Origin: an uncultured bacterium
GTDB taxonomy: Bacteria; Patescibacteriota; Doudnabacteria; UBA920
Reading direction: 5' to 3'
DNA length: 64,000 bases
Assembly (NCBI GenBank): GCA_963749445.1
Contig: CAVVMJ010000010.1
Location: 181,738 to 245,737, forward strand
This document shows positions 56,475 through 64,000 of this stretch, piece after piece; the stretch's first letter is position 1, and each line of letters starts with the position of its first letter. A model generated the notes under the pieces. That model saw only the letters and a list, made by a program, of their open reading frames with translations, did not search any database and was not told the DNA's origin. The position numbers were made by a program, and so were the translations under genes.

Positions 56475-57473
56475 CTATTCCATAGCCCTTAAAACCTCGG
56501 TATACATATCTTCCACTATTTTCTCCTGCTTTTTTCCCGTGAGCACGTAATGGTCAAGGCCGGGGGCGGCATTGGTTTCTAGGATGCAATATTTTTTTGG
56601 TTTTTCTTTTATGTCGCCGTCAATCAGCAAATCCACGCCGCACAGCCTAAGACCCATATCCCTAGTCAAGTTAATGGCCAGCTTTTTAAATTCCGGGTGG
56701 ACGTATTTTGTCACGTCAACCGAATCCCCACCGGAAGAAAGGTTGGCGTTATCCAAAAGAAAGACGCGCTGGTTTTTTTTAAGCACGCTGCGCATATTCA
56801 AACCCTGGCGCTTAAGCTTTTGCGCAATCCGAAAATCTTTGGGCTTAATTCTGGTGTCGCGGCTGGATGCGATAAACTCGGCCTGTTTGAGCGCGAGCAG
56901 TTTCCGGATTGTGGATTTTCCGTCCCCGACAATGTTTAACGGGATTCTTTGGTAAGCGGAAATTACCCGGTTGTCCAAAACCACCACGCGGTAATCTTTT
57001 CCCTGCATGACTTTTTGCACCAGGGCGACTTTGTCGCGCTCAAAAATAAAACGCATCGCCTTGTAAAATTCGCGTTTGTTGTAAACTTTGGAAACTCCGG
57101 TCCCTTGGCTGCCACTGTTGGGCTTAATAATTACCGGGAATCCCAATTTGCGGGCATAACGGTAAGCGGCGTGGATATCCCTCCGGGAACCAATGGCTTT
57201 TGACCACCGGTTGGAAAAAAATGTTTTCCCCAAAATAACCGGATAGCCCATCATTTTCATAAAAAAATTGGCAAAATCCTTGTCTTTGGAAATTTCCGAC
57301 GCCCCCAAAGGGTTTAAGTCCAGGCTGGAATACCTAAAATAGCGTTTTTTGCCGTTTTTAAAAATTATTTGCCCAACAATGTTCCACTGCGGCTCAAGCA
57401 CCACCCTGGCCCCGACCCTGGGAGCGATTTTTTTTAAAATGCGCCCCAAAAGAGGGCTGATTTGTTTTTTCAT
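56475..57473 (-). CDS. ATP-grasp domain protein (RimK / cyanophycin-synthetase-like ligase)
   Basis: 332 aa; VIIKPNSGSQGTGVS (ATP-grasp B loop), DYRVVVLDNRVISAYQR, ILETNAAPGLD C-terminal motif. Confidence 0.7.
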   Translation of the reverse strand: MKKQISPLLGRILKKIAPRVGARVVLEPQWNIVGQIIFKNGKKRYFRYSSLDLNPLGASEISKDKDFANFFMKMMGYPVILGKTFFSNRWSKAIGSRRDIHAAYRYARKLGFPVIIKPNSGSQGTGVSKVYNKREFYKAMRFIFERDKVALVQKVMQGKDYRVVVLDNRVISAYQRIPLNIVGDGKSTIRKLLALKQAEFIASSRDTRIKPKDFRIAQKLKRQGLNMRSVLKKNQRVFLLDNANLSSGGDSVDVTKYVHPEFKKLAINLTRDMGLRLCGVDLLIDGDIKEKPKKYCILETNAAPGLDHYVLTGKKQEKIVEDMYTEVLRAME

Positions 57474-57699
57474 GATTTAATTCTACCATATTTAATCCGG
57501 CTTTAAAATCTGTGATGATATGATGTCGCATAACGTTGAGCAGAAAACAAAATTTTTACGTTGTCGCAATAACCACAGTGGATACTGTGGATAACCATCA
57601 GGTCGCATAATGTAATAATGTGCTACGCTAAAAGCGTCGCACATTATGCCAATATTGCGCAACATTTACAATATCGCGCAATATTGGCCTTAGGAACTT

Positions 57700-58749
57700 A
57701 TGGAAAACCAAACAAAAACCCCCACTCCCCTGCGCAGGTTTATTAATGACTTTTTGGAATACTGCGAAATCGCTAAAAACCAAAGCTTAAACACCGTAAA
57801 AGCTTACGACAGGTATTTAAAAAAATTCGCCGCGTTTACCGCGACTTTAGGCATCAACGATCCAAAAAGCATTACTTTACAGGCCGTAAACAAATACCGG
57901 CTTTATTTAAACCGGCTGGAAAACGACAAAGGCAACAGTCTAAAATTAATTACTCAAAACTACCATCTTATAGCGCTGCGGGCATTTTTAAAATATTTAA
58001 TGAAAAATGACGTGGAAACATTAAGCCCGGAAAAAATTGAACTGCCGAAAAATCCCCAAAGGCAGGTGGAATTTTTGGAGGGCGACGAGTTAAAAAGGCT
58101 GTTTGACGCCACCGCGCGGGAAAACCAAGAACTCCCCCGCCTTAGGGACACCGCCATTTTGCACACGCTTTTTTCCACGGGCTTGCGCGTGTCCGAGCTG
58201 GCAGGCCTGCGTCGCGACAGCATTAACTTGGAACGCCGGGAATTTACGGTCCGCGGCAAGGGCAGCAAGTTGCGCCTGGTATTTTTAAGCGACGAAGCCG
58301 CGGAGGACATAAAAAAATATCTGGCCAAAAGGCCGGACAACAGCAAGGCTTTGTTTGTGGGCCATTCCATAATCGGCAAGGCAAAAAATCTGCCGGAAAA
58401 AAAGAATGACGAAAAATCGGTTGCCGCCAGGCAAAAACGCATGGAAAAAGAAATCCAAAGCCAAAATGACAATAACGACAAAAATAACAATAACAAAATC
58501 CCCGGATTAACCCCGCGGCAAATCCAGCGCATTATAAAAAAATACTGCCGCCTGGCCGGAATCGTAAAAAAGGTCACGCCCCACACTTTAAGACACTCAT
58601 TTGCCACCGATCTTTTGCAAAACGGCGCGGACATCCGCTCTGTGCAAAGCATGCTTGGGCATTCTTCAATCACGACCACACAGATATATACCCACGTGAC
58701 CAATGAAGGGCTACGGGATATTCATAGGAAATTCCATAATAAAAAATAG
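57700..58749 (+). CDS. tyrosine site-specific recombinase (XerC/XerD-like) with Asn/Lys-rich low-complexity insert
   Basis: N-terminal SAM-like core-binding domain; catalytic R..HxxR..Y: TPHTLRHSFATDLLQNGADIRSVQSMLGHSSITTTQIYTHV; upstream operator-like inverted repeats (AATATTGCGC aacatttacaatatc GCGCAATATT at 57650..57690). Confidence 0.8.
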   Translation: MENQTKTPTPLRRFINDFLEYCEIAKNQSLNTVKAYDRYLKKFAAFTATLGINDPKSITLQAVNKYRLYLNRLENDKGNSLKLITQNYHLIALRAFLKYLMKNDVETLSPEKIELPKNPQRQVEFLEGDELKRLFDATARENQELPRLRDTAILHTLFSTGLRVSELAGLRRDSINLERREFTVRGKGSKLRLVFLSDEAAEDIKKYLAKRPDNSKALFVGHSIIGKAKNLPEKKNDEKSVAARQKRMEKEIQSQNDNNDKNNNNKIPGLTPRQIQRIIKKYCRLAGIVKKVTPHTLRHSFATDLLQNGADIRSVQSMLGHSSITTTQIYTHVTNEGLRDIHRKFHNKK

Positions 58750-58812
58750 TGTCCATCCCGGCCGAGCCCAAGCATACAGGGCGAGAGACGGGACCCGAAA
58801 AAAAGCTTATAC

Positions 58813-58870
58813 CTGGATCCCGGATATTTTTACGGCTGATAATATTCAGGAACGTAAAAATTCCGGGATG
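58813..58870. repeat. R3 hairpin repeat copy downstream of recombinase gene
   Basis: GGATCCCGGATATTTTTACGGCTGATAATATTCAGGAACGTAAAAATTCCGGGATG. Confidence 0.75.
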
Positions 58871-58994
58871 ACAACTGAATATACGTCTGTATAAAACTAC
58901 CACTTTAAAAGCCCGTCTGGTTTTCCAAACGGGCTTTTAAGTTTGTTGACTCTTACTCATCTGTTTCTTATTACTGATTAATTATTGCCGATTA

Positions 58995-59168
58995 TCAAAT
59001 ATACCACTTATTCAAGCTCTGGCTACGCATGGCCTCCTCCATATTGACCTGGTATTCGCCTTGCGTATCCTTGGAATATTCGGTCAGCGGCTGGTCGCAG
59101 TGCGGGCAAATTCCGGGTTTGTCGCGTGAAAACCCGCAATTGTCGCACAAATACATGTGAAAATCCTG
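58995..59168 (-). CDS. small zinc-ribbon protein
   Basis: MQDFHMYLCDNCGFSRDKPGICPHCDQPL: CxxC...CxxC; track ORF extended upstream through non-coding sequence. Confidence 0.4.
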   Translation of the reverse strand, partial: QDFHMYLCDNCGFSRDKPGICPHCDQPLTEYSKDTQGEYQVNMEEAMRSQSLNKWYI

Positions 59169-59395
59169 CATAAACTTCACCTCCCTTTCGTCTACAAATA
59201 TTAATGATATAGCAGACGATCCGCCGAAGCCTGGCGAAGGCGGACAACCATGGCTATTCGACATTGTAGCCACTTGATTGTTAAAGAACCATCTACTTTT
59301 GGTTTAATACTTTTGCGTGTGATTGTCAAGCAGTTGGATTGCTGATATTTTTATGTTAATATTGATTAAGAATATCAAGAATTAAAAAGACACTC

Positions 59396-60430
59396 ATGAA
59401 AGCTACAATTTTTTACGGGCCACGGGACATTCGCGTGGAGGAAGTTCCGGATCCAAAAATTCAAAATCCCGACGAAGCGATTGTGCGCGTAACCTACGCC
59501 TGCATTTGCGGAAGCGACCTGTGGCCGTACCGTGGTTTGGTTAAGCGGGAGGCGCCCAGCCGCATTGGCCATGAATTTATGGGCATTGTGGAAAAAGTCG
59601 GGGCGGATGTCAAAAACGTCCGCGCCGGAAATTTAGTCGTGGCGCCTTTTCTTGCCGCGGACGGAACCTGTCCGGAATGTTTGGCCGGGATGTCCAGCGC
59701 CTGCAGAAACCGCAAAAGCTGGGGCATAGGCGGCTACGACGGCTGCCAGGGCGAAAAAATCCGCGTGCCTTTGGCTGACGGCACTTTGTTTAAAATTCCC
59801 AAAGGCGTTCCGGAAACGCTGGTGCCGGCCTTGTTGCCTTTGTCCGATGTTCTGTGCACCGGCCATCACGCCGCAATTTCCGCGGGCGTGGGCCCGGGCA
59901 AAACCGTTGCCGTAATCGGCGACGGCGCGGTCGGTTTGTGCGCCGTCGCGGCCAGCAAACGGCTGGGAGCCAAACAAATTATTTTAATCAGCACGCACCA
60001 AGACCGCGCCAAAGTCGGCAAAAAATTCGGCGCCACGGACATTGTGGCCGAACGCGAAGAAGCGGCCGCGGCTGCCATAAAAAAAATGACAGGTGATTTA
60101 GGCGTGGACTGCGCTTTGGAATGCGTGGGCCTGCCCGCTTCCTGGAAAACCGCGTTTTTGGCAGTGAGGCGCGGCGGCAACATCGGTTTTGTGGGCGTGC
60201 CGGTGGGCGTGCCGGATCTTGCGGTCAGAAATTTATTGGACAGCAACATTGGCGTCAAAGGCGGCATCGCGCCGGCGGCCACTTACATTCCCCAACTGAT
60301 GCCAGATGTGCTTTCCGGCAAGCTGGATGTCTCCGCCATTTTCACCAAAACCGTGGCCTTAAAAGACATCGCTCAAGGCTACCGCGCCATGGACGAACGC
60401 AAAGACATTAAAGTGCTGGTTAAGCCGTAA
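59396..60430 (+). CDS. zinc-dependent alcohol dehydrogenase family (MDR) oxidoreductase, GC-rich
   Basis: 344 aa; catalytic Zn site C.CGSD...H, structural Zn CPEC..G...C, Rossmann GDGAVG; GC about 58 percent versus about 48 percent locally. Confidence 0.85.
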   Translation: MKATIFYGPRDIRVEEVPDPKIQNPDEAIVRVTYACICGSDLWPYRGLVKREAPSRIGHEFMGIVEKVGADVKNVRAGNLVVAPFLAADGTCPECLAGMSSACRNRKSWGIGGYDGCQGEKIRVPLADGTLFKIPKGVPETLVPALLPLSDVLCTGHHAAISAGVGPGKTVAVIGDGAVGLCAVAASKRLGAKQIILISTHQDRAKVGKKFGATDIVAEREEAAAAAIKKMTGDLGVDCALECVGLPASWKTAFLAVRRGGNIGFVGVPVGVPDLAVRNLLDSNIGVKGGIAPAATYIPQLMPDVLSGKLDVSAIFTKTVALKDIAQGYRAMDERKDIKVLVKP

Positions 60431-60446
60431 AAATTGTAAACCAATC

Positions 60447-60490
60447 GAAAACTGCTCCGGCATTATGCCGGAGCAGTTTTATAAAAAAAT
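60447..60490 (+). terminator. intrinsic terminator after ADH gene
   Basis: AAAACTGCTCCGGCATTATGCCGGAGCAGTTTT ATAAAAAAATT. Confidence 0.75.
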
Positions 60491-60532
60491 TCGCGTGGCT
60501 GCGCCATGTATCTGAGCGAAGCGAATGGTGCG

Positions 60533-60728
60533 TGGTGACCTCGGTTGGAATCGGACCAACATCAGCGCCTTATTATTAGAAAAGCGCTGCTCCCCGCCCG
60601 CCTGACTCGTCTGGTGATCTCGGTTGGAATCGAACCAACATCAGCGCCTTAGAAGAGCGCGGCTCTATCCATTGAGCTACGAGACCTCGTCAGGCGAGTC
60701 GGGCGGGTATCCATTGAGCTACGAGGCC
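60533..60728 (-). pseudogene. degenerate tRNA-Arg(TCT)-like gene split in its D-loop by an insertion carrying an intact tRNA-Arg(TCT)
   Basis: 5' part GGCCTCGTAGCTCAATGGATA (60728..60708) and 3' part GGGGAGCAGCGCTTTTCTAATAATAAGGCGCTGATGTTGGTCCGATTCCAACCGAGGTCACCA (60592..60533) would form acceptor, D, T and anticodon arms, with a 13-nt anticodon loop carrying an extra TAATAA. Confidence 0.45.
60612..60686 (-). tRNA. tRNA-Arg (anticodon TCT)
   Basis: Hand-folded: GGTCTCG acceptor, D-arm GCTC-AATGGAT-AGAGC, anticodon arm GCGCT-CTTCTAA-GGCGC, T-arm TTGGT-TCGATTC-CAACC, CCA encoded; flanked by inverted CCCGCCCG...CGGGCGGG. Confidence 0.85.
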
Positions 60729-60807
60729 ATTTATGAAAACAATTGACAATTAACGCATCATACAGCCGTTAATCGTTAACAGTAAATCGTTAATTGTAAT
60801 TTATTAA

Positions 60808-60883
60808 TGGTGATCCCGGCAGGAGTTGAACCTGCGACCTCAAGCTCCGCAAGCTTGCGCTCTATCCAGCTGAGCTACGGGAC
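60808..60883 (-). tRNA. tRNA-Arg (anticodon GCG as read from sequence)
   Basis: Hand-folded: GGTCCCG acceptor, D-arm GCTC-AGCTGGATA-GAGC, anticodon arm CAAGC-TTGCGGA-GCTTG, T-arm GCAGG-TTCAACT-CCTGC, discriminator A, CCA encoded. Confidence 0.8.
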
Positions 60884-60949
60884 CACGATTTGAAAAACCC
60901 GTCTAAAACTCTTTGATTTTACCATAAACCCTAAAAAAACTCAACCGGG

Positions 60950-60995
60950 AAAAAAATAAAAATCGCCCAAGGTTTGGGGCGATTTTTATTTTTTG
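60950..60995. terminator. bidirectional intrinsic terminator
   Basis: A-run, ATCGCCCAAGGTTTGGGGCGAT, T-run (TTTTTATTTTTT). Confidence 0.7.
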
Positions 60996-61002
60996 ATGGC
61001 AA

Positions 61003-61992
61003 TTATTTTATCTTCACCGTGGTCAAATAACGCCTGTTAATCCTGACCGCATAATAACCGATTACTATAATCACCAAACCGGCCAAAACCAAGGCCAGCG
61101 GCCAGCCGAGGCCGGAGGTAAAGTATTCGCCCGTCAATTTTAAAATGTAGGCAATTAAAAAGATGGTGCCAAACACCAAAAAAGATTTGCTCTTAATGTG
61201 GACGCTCAAAAAAATCACGCCAAAGACCAGCAGCGGGTAAACCAGTTCCCAAAAAGAATTCTGCGACGGTTGCCAGCCGCCCAATGCCAGAGTTGAAGAC
61301 AGGAAGAACAAACTGCCAAAACCGTAAAGCGCCCCGACCAGGGCTTTTTGCGAGCCTTGCGCCAAAAAATATCCGACCAACATATAAACCAAACCGATGA
61401 CCAAAAATTGGTACTCCCAAACTTTGGTCATATCGCTGTAGCTTAAGCTGCCCCCCACCAGCCAGCTGATTAAATAATGGAACAGGATTGTGCCAAAAGC
61501 GATGCTAAAAAAGAGCAGAATAATTTGCTGCTTGTAATACCAAAATACGCCAAAAAATACCGCGGTGAGCGCGGCGTAAATGCCGACCCACAGTACATCA
61601 ACCGACAAATCATAACCCGCTTCCTTAAAAGCCACGCCAACGCCCAAGGGCGCCAGCATGCCGAACAGCAAAAAGAACGCCTGTCCAACTTTACGCAAGT
61701 TTTCGTATTTATTCAGCAATGCCGCCACCACAAATGCGGCCAGGCAGCTGCCCAAGGTCACGAAAATCCGCAGAAAACTATTAAAGTTGTCCCAATTTTG
61801 GTAACACAGCACGCAAATGCCCAAAAACACAATGGCTCCGCCGATGTAATACAGAATTTCCGAGATGTTTAAATTTTTCTCGACGGGCGCAGACGCGGCG
61901 TGGCCCGAAAACGCGGCTAAAACTTCCGCCTGGCTCAGCTGTCCCGCGGCAGACATCTGGGAAATTTCCGATAACAATTGTTGTTTGTCCAT
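61003..61992 (-). CDS. polytopic membrane protein of unknown function
   Basis: 329 aa, about 9 predicted TM helices. Confidence 0.5.
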   Translation of the reverse strand: MDKQQLLSEISQMSAAGQLSQAEVLAAFSGHAASAPVEKNLNISEILYYIGGAIVFLGICVLCYQNWDNFNSFLRIFVTLGSCLAAFVVAALLNKYENLRKVGQAFFLLFGMLAPLGVGVAFKEAGYDLSVDVLWVGIYAALTAVFFGVFWYYKQQIILLFFSIAFGTILFHYLISWLVGGSLSYSDMTKVWEYQFLVIGLVYMLVGYFLAQGSQKALVGALYGFGSLFFLSSTLALGGWQPSQNSFWELVYPLLVFGVIFLSVHIKSKSFLVFGTIFLIAYILKLTGEYFTSGLGWPLALVLAGLVIIVIGYYAVRINRRYLTTVKIK

Positions 61993-62040
61993 AGTCGTAT
62001 TTTAAATGATAAATATTTGATTTTAATATAGATGCCATCC

Positions 62041-62172
62041 CGGAATTTTTCAAGCTTGAGGATGTTTTCAGTCTTGAAAAATATCCGGGATCCAGATTTT
62101 TGCTTCTACTGGATCCCGGATATTTTTTACGGCTGCTGATATCCCAACGCGTAAAAAATTCCGGGATGACAA
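62041..62172. repeat. R3 hairpin repeat, tandem pair
   Basis: CCGGAATTTTTCAAGCTTGAGGATGTTTTCAGTCTTGAAAAATATCCGGGATCCAGATTTTTGC...GGATCCCGGATATTTTTTACGGCTGCTGATATCCCAACGCGTAAAAAATTCCGGGATG. Confidence 0.75.
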
Positions 62173-62178
62173 AAAATT

Positions 62179-62703
62179 TTATTCAATCCAACCAAGAAAA
62201 CGAAAATTTGAGTAAGCGCTTCCGCTGAGCTTTAAGTTTAACTTTATCGCGCGGTTGTGGCCCTTAATGAACCAGCTGCTGTAATCTCCCCCGCCGCCGC
62301 CGAACAAAAAGTCGCCGCCGTTGCCGTTTCCCTGCGAAACGGTGTAGCCGTCGGACGACGTATTGGTTGGGTCCAAAGTATAGCTTTGCGCCTCGGCCAA
62401 AGTGGCTTCCCTGGCCTGATTGGCAGTAACATCATAAACAAAAAACTGCACTTGGCCGGTTTGCGACGTATTCGGATAATTATAATTTGCCGCTGGAGGG
62501 TTGTAAACCAAATGCCCGCCGCCAACCTGGTAGCCGCCGCTTCCGTAACCGTAATCGTAAACGTAAGTGCCGGTCATATACAAAAAATTGATTTTGGGTT
62601 TTTTGCCAATTCCGGGCAAATAAATCATGGCCGCCACGACCACTATCATAAGCACCGGCACGGCCAACGCGATATACAAAGGCAAGTTCTTTTTGTTGAG
62701 CAT
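62179..62703 (-). CDS. membrane-anchored Gly/Tyr-rich protein of unknown function
   Basis: N-terminal TM helix, then YDYGYGSGGYQVGGG and GNGNGGDFLFGGGGGDY low-complexity regions. Confidence 0.45.
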   Translation of the reverse strand: MLNKKNLPLYIALAVPVLMIVVVAAMIYLPGIGKKPKINFLYMTGTYVYDYGYGSGGYQVGGGHLVYNPPAANYNYPNTSQTGQVQFFVYDVTANQAREATLAEAQSYTLDPTNTSSDGYTVSQGNGNGGDFLFGGGGGDYSSWFIKGHNRAIKLNLKLSGSAYSNFRFLGWIE

Positions 62704-62850
62704 ATGTATGGGTTAAATTCTTCCCCCAAATTATAGCACTTTTCTGGCAAATAGGGTATGATACTAAAAGTTTCTACTAAATACGAAAAAATCGAAATGT
62801 GAAAACTGACAGCTTTAGTATTTAGTTCTTTTCGTATTTCGTAGAAGTTT

Positions 62851-63538
62851 ATGCAAGAAAGAGTCCAAAAATTCATCAGCAGCGCCGGGGTGGCCAGCCG
62901 CAGAAAGGCCGAAGAATTCATTAAATCCGGCCAAGTTTTGATTAATGGTAAAAAGGCCAAACTCGGGGACAAAATTGACCCTTTGACCGACGTGGTTAAA
63001 GTTTACGGCAAACTCATTAAGCCGGCCGAGAAAAAAATTTATTTGATAATAAACAAACCCAAAGGCATGGTAGTGAGCAAATCGGATCCGCGGCACAGAA
63101 AGACAGTATTTGATTTATTGCCCGATGATATTCGCGGCAAAGTCTGGAACGTGGGCCGTTTGGATTACGACACCGAAGGGCTTTTGATTATGACCAACGA
63201 CGGCGACCTGACCCAGGCCCTGGCGCACCCGAGTTTTGAGCACGACAAGGAATACGAGGTTGCCACGCAGGAAAATCCTGATGAGAGCCAGTTGGACAAA
63301 TTACGGGAAGGGCGTGGACATTGCCACGGGCACCACGTATCCGGCCAAAGTCAAAACCAAAGGCGGCAAAGTTTACATTATTATCCATGAGGGGAAAAAA
63401 CGCCAAATCCGCCGGATGTTTGAAGCCGTGGGCCTCACGGTTATCAACTTAAAACGCATCCGGATAAACAAGCTCCATCTGCCTGCCGATCTGCCACAGG
63501 GCCAGTATAGACAAATTTCCAAAGACGACATCTTATAA
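62851..63538 (+). CDS. RluB/RsuA-family pseudouridine synthase (one apparent frameshift near 63305)
   Basis: S4 domain (FISSAGVASRRKAEEFIKSGQVLINGKKAKLGDKI), catalytic GRLDYDTEGLLIMTNDG; C-terminal GKKRQIRRMF block is in ORF 63236..63538. Confidence 0.8.
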
Positions 63539-63542
63539 CTTG

Positions 63543-63576
63543 TCTAACATCATTTCCGGCCGGAAATGATGTTAGA
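63543..63576. terminator. perfect palindrome after rluB stop, terminator-like
   Basis: TCTAACATCATTTCCGGCCGGAAATGATGTTAGA; no U-tract. Confidence 0.3.
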
Positions 63577-64000
63577 CTAAAAATCCAAAAAACTGAACGC
63601 TTTATAACCATTTTGCGTGGCCGGGCAAAATCGCTAAAAAATAAAACCGCGATTGCGGTTTGGAAGTAATTTTTTTACGTTTTTGTATACATTTGTATAT
63701 AAAAACGTAATTTTTTTATTTTTCCCAGTCTCTGATTGATTAAAATTCCGCCGCGATGGCAGGCAACGATTGTGGTTTGGAAATAAATCTACATACAAAA
63801 ATGCCTGTTGCAAACACAACAAACATTTTTGTAATTATAATGCTACTTTAATATCTTCCGATATATGTTCTTCTAAAAACTCTCCGACGGTTGTGACAAC
63901 TTTTTTCTCATAGGTATAAGTTTTGGCATATTCCTGAATGTCAAACGGCCCTTTGTGTTTGTCCCAAAACTTTCCATTATCTTTTACATTTACCATGCGC

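Overview
This 64 kb window is gene-dense, mostly minus-strand, and comes from a small-genome bacterium using the standard genetic code (TAA, TAG and TGA all act as stops). Lineage cannot be assigned from sequence alone. Running from high to low coordinates on the minus strand it carries the str operon (rpsL-rpsG-fusA), a 2.9 kb insertion (lipoprotein, DUF559 nuclease-like gene, YefM-like ORF, 0.8 kb non-coding), then tuf and the S10/spc ribosomal-protein operon (rpsJ-rplC-rplD-rplW-rplB-[lipoprotein]-rpsS-rplV-rpsC-rplP-rpmC-rpsQ-rplN-rplX-rplE). Downstream are housekeeping genes (rpmB, S41 and S2P peptidases, purH, maf, parB, uppP, glyA, leuS, tatD, metG, nfo, hicBA, pepP, glyQS, tgt, pnp, rpsO), five tRNA genes, a tyrosine recombinase and a GC-rich alcohol dehydrogenase. 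Three things dominate the window. First, a family of GC-rich, modular 60-bp hairpin repeats appears in three forms: as terminal inverted repeats exactly framing DUF559 nuclease-like genes, as gene-less palindromic pairs in intergenic DNA, and as in-frame insertions adding 20-80 aa to conserved proteins (Tgt, TatD, LeuS, PurH, S7; a related family in MetG and Nfo). Second, every spacer of the ribosomal-protein operon holds an AT-rich tandem-repeat hairpin from one of three families. Third, many conserved essential genes (rpsC, rplB, rplD, rplV, tuf, leuS, the M16 peptidase, the AI-2E transporter, rluB) carry apparent frameshifts or in-frame stops, most simply explained as indel errors in the assembly. 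Two further oddities are a complete YdeN-type serine-hydrolase domain embedded in LeuS and an intact tRNA-Arg(TCT) nested inside the D-loop of a second, degenerate tRNA-Arg copy.
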